A DNA stretch of 45,466 nucleotides from Candidatus Dojkabacteria bacterium (GTDB lineage Bacteria > Patescibacteriota > Dojkabacteria > SC72): positions 1 to 45,466 of the forward strand of contig JAXGWV010000001.1 of the NCBI GenBank assembly GCA_040773125.1, given 5' to 3'. Within the stretch, counting starts at the first letter, position 1, and each line of letters begins with the position of its first letter. Of this stretch, positions 16,594 through 24,792 are shown piece after piece. The translations under genes and the position numbers were made by a program. The notes below the pieces were generated by a model, which was not told the DNA's origin, ran no database searches, and was given only the letters and a program-made list of their open reading frames with translations.

Positions 16594-16602
16594 ATTATAC
16601 CA
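16594..16602 (-). promoter_or_regulatory. Extended -10 element TGGTATAAT, 9 nt upstream of rnj ATG
   Basis: The minus strand reads TGGTATAAT-gcatgtaat-ATG. Confidence 0.45.
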
Positions 16603-16733
16603 CTTTTCATTTAGATGCTTTCAAATTAGGTTATTTGGGGACTTTCTAAAGCCTAGCGTGAAAATGCCGGTGTACAGGGGTTTCTTTTTGTTTGTTTCAC
16701 GAGTTCCTTTTTAAGCGTTAAAACAATGTAATG

Positions 16734-16742
16734 TGATATAAT
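16734..16742 (+). promoter_or_regulatory. Extended -10 element TGATATAAT upstream of the 195-aa ORF
   Basis: Lies 36 nt upstream of ATG 16779. Confidence 0.4.
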
Positions 16743-16778
16743 GTCTACAGATAGGAACATAATTTAAACATTAAAAGA

Positions 16779-17366
16779 ATGACACCAACAATAGAGGAAT
16801 TCTTAAATGATGATTTAACCCCCCAGGTAGAAGATTATGAAAAAATCTGGAGAGTTTTTGGGGAGCCATCTAGTGAAATAGAGCCTGAAGATGTATTACG
16901 AGACCTCAAAGGAAGGGTAGATGATTGTTATTCGGAATTTAAGGGGGATCTTGATTTTAATTCTCCCTATATTTTTAATGGGCGTGTACTTATTGATACA
17001 CTTGAGTACCTGAGACATATTGGAGTACCAGATATGCTGGGATGGAAATGTACGCATGTTATAATACGGGAAGAAGGTGATGATTCTGAAAGTGTGTATT
17101 TAGGAGTAAGTATAAAAGAGAAGCATATTAAATATTATATCCCAGAATATACCAAATATCCTTGTTACATAAAGCCTGCCGAAGAGGAATGGGATCCTAA
17201 TAATGGTTTTTTCCAAAAGAGTGGCGAATATTTCATTCTTCCTTTAAATATCTCAGTAACATCGCTTGGAGAAGACTTGTTAAAAAGAGCTCGTATAATA
17301 AAGGCTGTTGAATCAGCACTAATAAGGAGTGGAAAAAAGAAAAAGAGGAATACTCCAAGGCAATAG
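16779..17366 (+). CDS. Hypothetical acidic cytoplasmic protein with basic tail
   Basis: 195-aa ORF with no TM segment, no recognisable motif, and a C-terminal KKKKRNTPRQ. Confidence 0.55.
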   Translation: MTPTIEEFLNDDLTPQVEDYEKIWRVFGEPSSEIEPEDVLRDLKGRVDDCYSEFKGDLDFNSPYIFNGRVLIDTLEYLRHIGVPDMLGWKCTHVIIREEGDDSESVYLGVSIKEKHIKYYIPEYTKYPCYIKPAEEEWDPNNGFFQKSGEYFILPLNISVTSLGEDLLKRARIIKAVESALIRSGKKKKRNTPRQ

Positions 17367-17368
17367 TT

Positions 17369-17377
17369 TGATATAAT
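17369..17377 (+). promoter_or_regulatory. Extended -10 element TGATATAAT, 10 nt upstream of valS ATG
   Basis: Begins 3 nt after the stop of the preceding ORF. No SD. Confidence 0.45.
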
Positions 17378-17387
17378 CCAGTTACCT

Positions 17388-19667
17388 ATGAAAAAAGAGA
17401 TATCCAAAACATTTGATTCAAACAAAAAAGAACAAGAGATATATTCTCTTTGGGAGGGTTCAGGTCTTTTTAATCCTGATACAATGCAAAAATACTTGGA
17501 AGAAGAGAATCTGGAAGTTAAGACTCCTTTTACCATAACACTACCTCCTCCTAATGCAAACGGAACTCCACATATTGGGCACATGTGTGGGTATGCTTTT
17601 CATGATGCCATTGGAAGATACAAAAGGATGACAGGTCATCCTACTTTGCTTCTTCCAGGAAAGGACCACGCAGGGATTCAAACAGAGAGTGTTTTTACAA
17701 AGCTTTTGGAAAGCCGGGGACAAAACAAATTTGAAATGGGAAGAGAAGAATTCTACAGACAGTGCTATGAGTTTTGTCTAACCAACATGAAGAATGCTAG
17801 AGAGTATGAACAAAGGATTGGGCTTTCGGCGGACTTTTCAAGGGAGTTTTTTACATTGGATCCTAGATTAACAGAGGTTGTATATTCCACCTTCTATAAA
17901 ATGTTTGAAGAGGGTTTTGTGTATAGGGATAAAAGGATAATAAACCAATGTCCAAACTGTCATACGGCATTAGCAGATATTGATACAGAATATGAAGAGA
18001 GAAGAGGGATTTTCGCATATATCGTTTATCCATTTGTAGATGAATCTGATAGGAAAAAGGCAAAAGAACTATTTGGGGTTGAAGGAATTACAGTTGCTAC
18101 TACACGACCTGAGACAATGCTTGGTGATACAGCGGTTGCTGTGAATCCTAAAGATAAGAGATATGCCCAATTCGTTGGGAAAAAAGTTGTTCTTCCTATT
18201 GCAAATAGGGAGATTCCTGTAATTGCAGAGGAGACTACTGATATGGAATTAGGAACCGGAGCTCTTAAGGTTACTCCTGCACATTCGCCAGTTGATTTTG
18301 AGATTGGTAGAAAACATTCCTTACCAATAGTGAATGTAATTGATGAAGATGGAAAGATGACTGGAGATATTCCTGAAAGGTTTATTGGAATGAGTACAAC
18401 TGATTGTTCCAAAGCTCTTTGTAAGGAATTAGATGATTTAGGTCTTCTTGTTAAAATTGAAAATATAAGACATGAGGTTGTAATTTGTGAGAGGTGCAAG
18501 AGCACTATCGAACCAATAATATCTATTCAATGGTACTTAAATGTTGAATCTTTGGCAAAAAGGGCATTGGAGGCTCTTAGGAGTGGGGATGTGAAGGTTA
18601 TTCCAAGTGGTCAGCAGAAAGCTCTTGAATATTTCTATGAAAATATCCAACCATGGTGTATCTCTAGACAACTTTGGTGGGGGCAGAGAATTCCTGTTTG
18701 GTATAGTGGTGGTAAAAAACTTTACGATTGGTTGTCAGAGAATAAAGGGAAAAGTATATCAGACTATGAGAAAGAATTTAATACCAAAGTATTAGGTACT
18801 GGTAAGATTTTTCTTGGGGAAAAAAGTCCCAAACCAGAAAATGGCGAAGTTTGGGAGCAGGAGACTGATGTGTTTGATACTTGGTTTAGTTCAGGTCAAT
18901 GGCCCTTCTCTACTCTCGGAGGTCCAGAAGGAGATGACTTTAAGAAGTACTATCCAACTCAGATGATGATCCATGGTAGAGATATACTTTTTTGGTGGAC
19001 AGCAAGAATGCTTATGTTCGGTTTGTACCGAACCAATCAAGTCCCTTATCCTATTGTAATGCTTACTGGCATTATCTTGGCTCCAGATGGTTCCAAGATG
19101 TCAAAATCAAAAGGGAATGGAGTTGAGCCAATTGATATTTTTGAAAAATATGGAGCAGATGCGTTAAGACTTTGGTATTACATAGATGCCTTGCCAGGCT
19201 CAAATTCTCCTGTTCGCGAAGAGAAGATTAAAGGAAACAGAAATTTCATAACGAAGATTTGGAATGCCAGCCGCTTTATCTTGATGAATATTGATGATTC
19301 CGAGTTGGAGTCTGTGTCAAAGAATCTAAAAATTAATTCAGAAAGAATTGAGATTACCAAAAGGCATGTAAGGAAGGTTTCTGAATATATTGAAAAATTT
19401 CAGTTTAATCTTGGTGCCGAGGCAATTAGAGAATTCTTTTGGCATCAGGTATGTGATATTTGGATAGAAGAGATAAAGTCTGAGATAAAGGATGAACCAA
19501 TTGGAAGTGAAAAGAGGATTGAGAAGTTTTCAGAATTACTTTTGATTCTTAAAGAAAATTTAAAGATTATGCATCCTTTTATTCCCTTTGTAACAGAAGG
19601 AGTTTGGCAAGAATTAGTAAATCTTGGATTGGCAAGTGGAATATTAATGTCACAACAACTTTCCTAG
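17388..19667 (+). CDS. valS: Valyl-tRNA synthetase (short form, no C-terminal coiled coil)
   Basis: PPPNANGTPHIGH (HIGH), TTRPETMLGDTAVAVNPKD, WCISRQLWWGQRIPVWY and KMSKSKGN are present. The protein is 759 aa. Confidence 0.93.
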   Translation: MKKEISKTFDSNKKEQEIYSLWEGSGLFNPDTMQKYLEEENLEVKTPFTITLPPPNANGTPHIGHMCGYAFHDAIGRYKRMTGHPTLLLPGKDHAGIQTESVFTKLLESRGQNKFEMGREEFYRQCYEFCLTNMKNAREYEQRIGLSADFSREFFTLDPRLTEVVYSTFYKMFEEGFVYRDKRIINQCPNCHTALADIDTEYEERRGIFAYIVYPFVDESDRKKAKELFGVEGITVATTRPETMLGDTAVAVNPKDKRYAQFVGKKVVLPIANREIPVIAEETTDMELGTGALKVTPAHSPVDFEIGRKHSLPIVNVIDEDGKMTGDIPERFIGMSTTDCSKALCKELDDLGLLVKIENIRHEVVICERCKSTIEPIISIQWYLNVESLAKRALEALRSGDVKVIPSGQQKALEYFYENIQPWCISRQLWWGQRIPVWYSGGKKLYDWLSENKGKSISDYEKEFNTKVLGTGKIFLGEKSPKPENGEVWEQETDVFDTWFSSGQWPFSTLGGPEGDDFKKYYPTQMMIHGRDILFWWTARMLMFGLYRTNQVPYPIVMLTGIILAPDGSKMSKSKGNGVEPIDIFEKYGADALRLWYYIDALPGSNSPVREEKIKGNRNFITKIWNASRFILMNIDDSELESVSKNLKINSERIEITKRHVRKVSEYIEKFQFNLGAEAIREFFWHQVCDIWIEEIKSEIKDEPIGSEKRIEKFSELLLILKENLKIMHPFIPFVTEGVWQELVNLGLASGILMSQQLS

Positions 19668-19711
19668 CTTAATCAAGTCTATGTGGGCCCATAGTTATTT
19701 GGGTGGATATT

Positions 19712-19720
19712 TGTTATAAT
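19712..19720 (+). promoter_or_regulatory. Extended -10 element TGTTATAAT
   Basis: Lies 21 nt upstream of ATG 19742. Confidence 0.4.
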
Positions 19721-19741
19721 GAATGTGTTGTTTAACAATTT

Positions 19742-20032
19742 ATGGGATATGAAAGAGGTGAAAAAATAGAAAAAGAAAGAAAAGTAATATACGATTCAGA
19801 ATTGGATTCTCGATGTTCAAGGAGGATACCAGTAGATATCTCCTATCAAGATTTACTTTCACTTATATCCCCAAACGAGAGGATTGTCGTTTTTTTTGAT
19901 CTTCGAGGTCAAAGGGGATATGTCGTAATTTCTTCTAGAGATGACTACAATTGGTACCAAAAAGTAGTAAGACATGACAAGAGAACCCAAGAAAAGTTTT
20001 TTTGGATAATAAATCAAGAGTTAGTAGAATAG
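19742..20032 (+). CDS. Hypothetical small soluble protein
   Basis: 96-aa ORF, charged, no recognisable family. Confidence 0.4.
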   Translation: MGYERGEKIEKERKVIYDSELDSRCSRRIPVDISYQDLLSLISPNERIVVFFDLRGQRGYVVISSRDDYNWYQKVVRHDKRTQEKFFWIINQELVE

Positions 20033-20040
20033 GAGACGAA

Positions 20041-20331
20041 ATGGTATTTTTAGGTTTTGCAGTTTGCCTGTCGGGAGTTGGTATATACCTGACGTTTTTC
20101 CAATCAAAAAATGAAATGACATCAAAAGCAAGGCAAAAGATGAGAGTACATATTGCAACCTCTTTTTGGTTGTCTTTTCTTTTCTTTGATTTCTTTACAA
20201 TATCAAGGGGAAGTCTTAACTTCCTGTGTATGTTGGTAGTCTTCCTTTTTTTAGGATTCAATATACTTGTAACGATTTCCGTTAACGATAAGGATTACGA
20301 AACAGAAGGAGAAGATCCTCCCATAAATTAA
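20041..20331 (+). CDS. Hypothetical small membrane protein (3 TM, acidic C-tail)
   Basis: The ORF is open from 20002, but AGGAG (20031-20035) sits 5 nt before ATG 20041 (MVFLGFAVCLSG...). That start gives 96 aa. Confidence 0.45.
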   Translation: MVFLGFAVCLSGVGIYLTFFQSKNEMTSKARQKMRVHIATSFWLSFLFFDFFTISRGSLNFLCMLVVFLFLGFNILVTISVNDKDYETEGEDPPIN

Positions 20332-20341
20332 CAATGAATGT

Positions 20342-20410
20342 GCCTAGTGCTTGTTTTGTATGGTATCCATTCCTACAGTCAGTAAACAAGTATCTAGGCC
20401 TTTTCTTTTC
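20342..20410 (+). terminator. Candidate intrinsic terminator (interrupted long hairpin + U-tract)
   Basis: GCCTAG/CTAGGC (20342-47/20394-99) and CTTGTTT/AAACAAG (20350-56/20384-90) pair, followed by cTTTTCTTTTC. Confidence 0.5.
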
Positions 20411-20429
20411 AATAATTCTTTTTTAAGTA

Positions 20430-20435
20430 TATAAT
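20430..20435 (+). promoter_or_regulatory. -10 hexamer TATAAT, 6 nt upstream of metG ATG
   Basis: The sequence reads TATAAT-tagcat-ATG, with no SD. Confidence 0.45.
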
Positions 20436-20441
20436 TAGCAT

Positions 20442-21890
20442 ATGAATGATAAAAATTTCTACATCACAACAACCCTGCCGTATGTTAATGCCGAACCTCA
20501 TATTGGTCATGCTTTGGAATTTGTTCAAGCAGATGCCATTGCTAGATACTTTAGAAAAAAACTTGGAAAAGAAAACGTTTTTTTTAATGTAGGAACAGAT
20601 GAGCATGGATTAAAGATATGGAGGAAAGCAAAAGAAGAAGGTTTGGAGATAAATGATTTTGTTGATAAGTATGCAAATAGGTTTAAGGATTTCTGTAAGC
20701 TATTTCTTGTTAGTTATGATAATTTTTACAGGACATCAACTCCAGAGCATTCTGAAAGTGCAAAGGAATTTTGGCGAGCTTGCTCAGAAAGGGGTGACAT
20801 CTATAAGAAAAGGTATTCGGGAAAATACTGTGTCGGTTGTGAGAGATTTATAACCGAAAAGGAATTAGTTGATGGAAAATGTTTTGAACATGGAATTGTT
20901 CCAGAGGAAAGGGATGAAGAGAACTATTTTTTCCGTCTTTCAAATTACAAAGAGGTACTTTTGGAATGGCTAGAAAACAACCCAGAAGTTTTGAAACCTT
21001 CTCAGAAGAGAGATGAGCTTAGGAGTATTATCTTGGAGATTGAAGATATCAGCATATCCAGGCTTAAGAAAAACCTCCCTTGGGGAATCGAGGTTCCTGA
21101 TGATCCTGAGCATGTCTTTTATGTTTGGTTTGATGCTTTAACCAATTATGTTAATGCTGTGGGATATGGGAAAGACAAAAAGAAACTTGAAAAATGGTGG
21201 CCAGGAGTACAGATTTTTGGTCCCGACAATTTAAGGTTTCAAGGAGTGATATGGCAAGGGATGTTGTCCTCCGTTGGGCTCAAACACAGTGCAAAACTTC
21301 TTGAACACGGTATGATTCTTGGTGGTGATGGAAGAAAGATGTCTAAATCATTAGGCAATGTAATTTCACCTTTTGAGCAGGAGCAGAAGTATGGAGCCGA
21401 GGTTGTCAGGTTCTATCTTCTTTCCGGAATTTCTACCTTTGCAGATTCCGCATACAAGGAGGAGGACCTTGTGAATATGTATAATTCAAGATTGGCAAAC
21501 AATTTCGGAAATCTTCTTAACCGAGTAATTCATTTATCTAATGAAAAACAGATTAAAATTAATGATGAAGAAACTGTTGAAGACAATTTTAAGAAAGAAG
21601 TTGAGAAAAGAGTACTCGGGATTAAGTCTTTATTTGACGATTTCGAAATTGCTTTGGCCTCTGAGAAAATCGATGAATTGGCAGATTTTGGGAACAAGTA
21701 TATTACTGAAAAGGAGCCTTGGGAAAAAGATGTTTCAAAGGCTGAATGTGAAATGGTTTTAAACAACCTTAGCTACCTACTAAAAGAAGTAATTGAATGG
21801 TATGAGCCAATTATCCCAGAAAGCTCTCAAAAAGCCTTGTTGGCACTTGAGAACAGAGAGAAGATTATTCTTTTCAAGAAATTGTTGTAG
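20442..21890 (+). CDS. metG: Methionyl-tRNA synthetase (minimal form)
   Basis: YITTTLPYVNAEPHIGHALEF (HIGH), the Zn knuckle CVGCERF...CFEHG, and KMSKSLGN are present. The protein is 482 aa. Confidence 0.93.
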   Translation: MNDKNFYITTTLPYVNAEPHIGHALEFVQADAIARYFRKKLGKENVFFNVGTDEHGLKIWRKAKEEGLEINDFVDKYANRFKDFCKLFLVSYDNFYRTSTPEHSESAKEFWRACSERGDIYKKRYSGKYCVGCERFITEKELVDGKCFEHGIVPEERDEENYFFRLSNYKEVLLEWLENNPEVLKPSQKRDELRSIILEIEDISISRLKKNLPWGIEVPDDPEHVFYVWFDALTNYVNAVGYGKDKKKLEKWWPGVQIFGPDNLRFQGVIWQGMLSSVGLKHSAKLLEHGMILGGDGRKMSKSLGNVISPFEQEQKYGAEVVRFYLLSGISTFADSAYKEEDLVNMYNSRLANNFGNLLNRVIHLSNEKQIKINDEETVEDNFKKEVEKRVLGIKSLFDDFEIALASEKIDELADFGNKYITEKEPWEKDVSKAECEMVLNNLSYLLKEVIEWYEPIIPESSQKALLALENREKIILFKKLL

Positions 21891-21893
21891 ATA

Positions 21894-21902
21894 TGCTATA
21901 CT
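21894..21902 (+). promoter_or_regulatory. Extended -10 element TGCTATACT
   Basis: Begins 4 nt after the metG stop and lies 26 nt upstream of ATG 21929. Confidence 0.35.
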
Positions 21903-21928
21903 AAAATAGTAAAAATCTAAGACTGCCT

Positions 21929-22486
21929 ATGGCTATATCAAAGAAAAATAAAAATTCGATTGATTTACTCGATCCCATATATTCCGAAAATGATGCTTTC
22001 ACCAAAGCTTATGAGTGGATGGTGAATATTGGTAGGTACCTGCTAATATTTGTTGAATTGATAGTTTTGGGTGTTTTCTTCTCAAGGTTTATTTTGGATA
22101 AACAGAACAATGACCTATCTGAAGAGGTGGAGAGTCAGATTCAACTTTTAAGGACTGAGCCTTGGGTAAGTAACAATGTCTTGTACTCTCGTTATCAAAA
22201 ACTTCTAAAGGATGTAAAGGTTGTAAAAGATGGTCAACAAATTAATTCAAGTATTGTTAGTGAGATAATTAGTGGTATTCCTATTACTTTAACTCTTAAG
22301 GGATTTTCTTTGAACGACATGAAGGTTAACATGACCCTTGGAGCCAATAGTCTAGAAGAGGTTAAAATTTACGAGTCGGCCTTGAAGGAAAATGAAAGAT
22401 ATTCGGATGTAAGTTTCAATATTCAGAAAGAAGATGCAGAGATTTCAATTGGGGTGTCATTTAACATTGTTAGTAACAAAGATTAA
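21929..22486 (+). CDS. PilN-like bitopic protein (type IV pilus alignment subcomplex-like)
   Basis: 185 aa. An N-terminal SIDLLDP resembles the PilN INLLP motif. It has one TM segment (LLIFVELIVLGVFF), a coiled segment, and a C-terminal alpha/beta domain. Confidence 0.45.
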   Translation: MAISKKNKNSIDLLDPIYSENDAFTKAYEWMVNIGRYLLIFVELIVLGVFFSRFILDKQNNDLSEEVESQIQLLRTEPWVSNNVLYSRYQKLLKDVKVVKDGQQINSSIVSEIISGIPITLTLKGFSLNDMKVNMTLGANSLEEVKIYESALKENERYSDVSFNIQKEDAEISIGVSFNIVSNKD

Positions 22487-23106
22487 TGGAAGAAAAGAGA
22501 TCCTCTTTAGGACTAATTACAACAATTAAGGAGTCTAAGGATAAAAACAATTCTTATATCACTGTTGGAGTAACATTTGTGGTTATTGTTCTTCTTATTA
22601 TTTTTGCTATACGTCCAACAGTAACAACAATTGTAAAAATCAGGAAGGAGATTGAAGAAAAGAAGAGAATTTCCCAGACTCTTGACCAGAGAATTCAAAC
22701 TCTTTCGTCATTGGAAAAAGAATATGATGAGTCAGAAGAGAAATTTGAATTTTTGCAATTTGTTTATCCTGAATCAGAAAAATATATTTTGTTGCTTGCG
22801 AATATTGAACCGATTGTAAACAGGAATTCTTTTAAATTGACTTCCTTTAGATTTGATAAGTATGATGGAGAATCCTATGACTTGTCGACATCTCTTCTAG
22901 AGCCTAGTGTAATTCAACTTTCTGTAACAGGGCTGTATAGTAATTTCATCAATCTGCTAAAGGATTTTGAGTCATTGCCAATGCATTGTGTAGTAGAGAG
23001 GGTCTCTTTTGGAAGTAATTCTTCTTCTGGGAGTAATGAGATGTCTTTTTCACTTTTACTTAGAATATACAATATTCCCTCATCTAATTTTTATACTCTT
23101 AAGTAA
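22486..23106 (+). CDS. PilO-like bitopic protein
   Basis: 206 aa with one TM segment (VGVTFVVIVLLIIFAI), a coiled coil and a C-terminal domain. A TAATG junction links it to the upstream gene. Confidence 0.35.
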   Translation: MEEKRSSLGLITTIKESKDKNNSYITVGVTFVVIVLLIIFAIRPTVTTIVKIRKEIEEKKRISQTLDQRIQTLSSLEKEYDESEEKFEFLQFVYPESEKYILLLANIEPIVNRNSFKLTSFRFDKYDGESYDLSTSLLEPSVIQLSVTGLYSNFINLLKDFESLPMHCVVERVSFGSNSSSGSNEMSFSLLLRIYNIPSSNFYTLK

Positions 23107-23351
23107 TGGGTGAAATAATTAGAAAATACATACCTGCAATAATATTACTTCTTGTAGTAGCCCTAGTTTGGGCTGGTCTTGCTTTTGTTTTTGACACATC
23201 AGAAAAAGAACTGAATATCGAGGAGAGTATATATAAGACACCATTGGGGAAGACTTTCTCAAAAGATGATTTAGATGAAGTTTACGAAAAGACCTCACAA
23301 AAGATGCCTATTTCCCCTAGAGAGTTTTTAAATTTGAAGAAAGAGGATTAG
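23106..23351 (+). CDS. Hypothetical small single-TM protein
   Basis: 81 aa with the TM segment [27 protein letters not shown] junction links it to the upstream gene. Confidence 0.45.
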   Translation: MGEIIRKYIPAIILLLVVALVWAGLAFVFDTSEKELNIEESIYKTPLGKTFSKDDLDEVYEKTSQKMPISPREFLNLKKED

Positions 23352-24427
23352 TCGATATAATCATCAAGCTTCTGTTGGGAGGATTTCTCTTTTAATTTCT
23401 TTAAAGCTTTTGCCTCTATTTGTCTGATTCTTTCCCTGGTTACTCCGAATTCTTTTCCTACTTCTTCCAATGTCCTTGAGACTCCATCATCTAAACCAAA
23501 TCTTAATGCGAGGACACGTCTTTCTCTGTCCTGAAGACTATCAAGAATTTCGTGAAGCTGATTTTTCAGATACTCTCCTGTTGCATAATCTTCTGGTGAT
23601 TGTGATCTGTCATCAGGGATAATATCTTGAAGTTTGCTGTCCTTTTCCTCTCCTATAGGCGTAGAAAGAGAGGTTGGATTTTGATTAATTTTCTTAATTT
23701 CGGCAACCTTCGATATTTCTATATCCATTTCTTTCGCAATTTCCTCATCAGTTGCAGCTCTCCCAAGTTTTGTTGCAAGAATGTTGTTTACTTTATTGTA
23801 TTTATTTATTGTTTCAATCATATGTACAGGGACACGAATCGTTCTTGCTTGATCCGCTATTGCTCTTGTTATAGCTTGTCTAATCCACCATGTAGCATAG
23901 GTTGAGAATTTAAATCCTTTTTTGTAGTCGAATTTCTCAACAGCTCTCATTAAACCAATGTTTCCTTCTTGAATAAGGTCTAGAAGCTCTAGGTTAGATT
24001 TCCCATACTTCTTTGCAATACTTACAACTAATCTTAAATTTGCTGTAATTAGTAACTGTGTGGCATCAGAATCTCCCTCCTCTATCCTTTTTGCAAGAAT
24101 AACTTCCTCTTCTCCTGTAAGTAATGGAATTCTCCCAATTTCATAAAGATAGGAACGTATAGCATCTGTAGAGAGAGTTGATTGAATAGATTTTAAGATT
24201 TTAATCTTTTTCTCAAGGGTTAACTCCTCTTTAGCTGTTTCAGTAATTGTATCTTCTGGTTCCAGAACTTCGATTTCATTTTTTTGTAATTCCTCGAATA
24301 TCTTATCAAGAAGGTCAATGTTCTCTTCAATGGTTGGGAAAATATCTAGGAGTTCTTCCTGAGTTAGGAATCCTTGTTCTTTTCCTCTTTTTACCAACAG
24401 AGAAATTGCTTTATCATTATTCTGCAT
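23348..24427 (-). CDS. rpoD: Primary RNA polymerase sigma factor (sigma-70/SigA type)
   Basis: [24 protein letters not shown] (region 1.2/2.1), [32 protein letters not shown] (2.3-2.4/3.0), and [23 protein letters not shown] (4.2) are present. The ORF opens at TTG 24478, but the first ATG is 24427 (MQNNDK...). Confidence 0.93.
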   Translation of the reverse strand: MQNNDKAISLLVKRGKEQGFLTQEELLDIFPTIEENIDLLDKIFEELQKNEIEVLEPEDTITETAKEELTLEKKIKILKSIQSTLSTDAIRSYLYEIGRIPLLTGEEEVILAKRIEEGDSDATQLLITANLRLVVSIAKKYGKSNLELLDLIQEGNIGLMRAVEKFDYKKGFKFSTYATWWIRQAITRAIADQARTIRVPVHMIETINKYNKVNNILATKLGRAATDEEIAKEMDIEISKVAEIKKINQNPTSLSTPIGEEKDSKLQDIIPDDRSQSPEDYATGEYLKNQLHEILDSLQDRERRVLALRFGLDDGVSRTLEEVGKEFGVTRERIRQIEAKALKKLKEKSSQQKLDDYID

Positions 24428-24438
24428 TGATTTAGATG

Positions 24439-24447
24439 TGGTATAAT
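24439..24447 (+). promoter_or_regulatory. Extended -10 element TGGTATAAT, 6 nt upstream of ATG 24454
   Basis: The sequence reads TGGTATAAT-ttatat-ATG. It lies within the 26-bp spacer between the rpoD ATG (24427) and ATG 24454. Confidence 0.45.
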
Positions 24448-24453
24448 TTATAT

Positions 24454-24792
24454 ATGGACAGTACAGACACAATAACAATACAAAGAAAACAATTTTTTAT
24501 CGATTCAATTGCAAGATTTTGTGATAAGTGTGGCACTCCTTACACTGTAGATGATATTAATATCGTCCAGAATACTGGGATGTCAACGATTATACACTTT
24601 TCTTGTCATAATTGTAAATCGAAGCATATTGCTACATTGGTATCTTCACTAGGAGTAACTCAAAGAGTTCCTTTGAACACAGATTTGGATGAAACAGAAA
24701 TAAGTAGATTCCTTTCTAAAAAGAGTTTCACGACACAAGACATTTTGGATGTTTACGAAGAACTTAAAAAGCAAAGATCAATCAAGATTTAG
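24454..24792 (+). CDS. Hypothetical C4 zinc-ribbon protein with helical acidic/basic C-terminus
   Basis: Contains CDKC-x24-CHNC. The ORF is open from ATG 24436, but the -10 element favours ATG 24454 (MDSTDT..., 112 aa). The stop overlaps the convergent 997-aa gene by 4 nt. Confidence 0.55.
   Translation: MDSTDTITIQRKQFFIDSIARFCDKCGTPYTVDDINIVQNTGMSTIIHFSCHNCKSKHIATLVSSLGVTQRVPLNTDLDETEISRFLSKKSFTTQDILDVYEELKKQRSIKI

Noticed and set aside
16585-16778. RNase P RNA-like AGAAAGTCCCC (minus strand near 16637-16647) and a 7-bp inverted repeat CGTGAAA/TTTCACG (16657-63/16695-701)
   Set aside because: The spacer is only 194 bp, too short for RNase P RNA, and no other conserved P RNA elements are visible. 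The inverted repeat has a 31-nt loop and no obvious transcript to act on.
17165-17584. 139-aa minus-strand ORF spanning the 195-aa gene / valS junction
   Set aside because: It is antisense to the valS HIGH-motif region and the preceding ORF, so it is a shadow frame.
19686-19694. GC-rich 9-mer GGCCCATAG shared by two spacers (19686-19694 and 36877-36885), both upstream of TGTTATAAT
   Set aside because: The spacing to the -10 hexamer differs (20 versus 5 nt). At 19679-19694 it is part of a small CTATG/CATAG hairpin after valS. Two occurrences of one 9-mer are not compelling without genome-wide counts.
17367-20441. T-box or other riboswitch leaders upstream of valS and metG
   Set aside because: The leaders are only about 0-10 nt long given the -10 positions. 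No specifier or T-box (AATTAGGGTGGTACCGCG-like) sequence is present.
23348-24792. 4-nt convergent stop overlaps (TTAG at 23348-23351 and 24789-24792) as a special regulatory device
   Set aside because: The same tetranucleotide simply encodes TAG on one strand and TAA on the other. This is most likely a by-product of genome compaction. I note it under the zinc-ribbon finding rather than as a separate signal.
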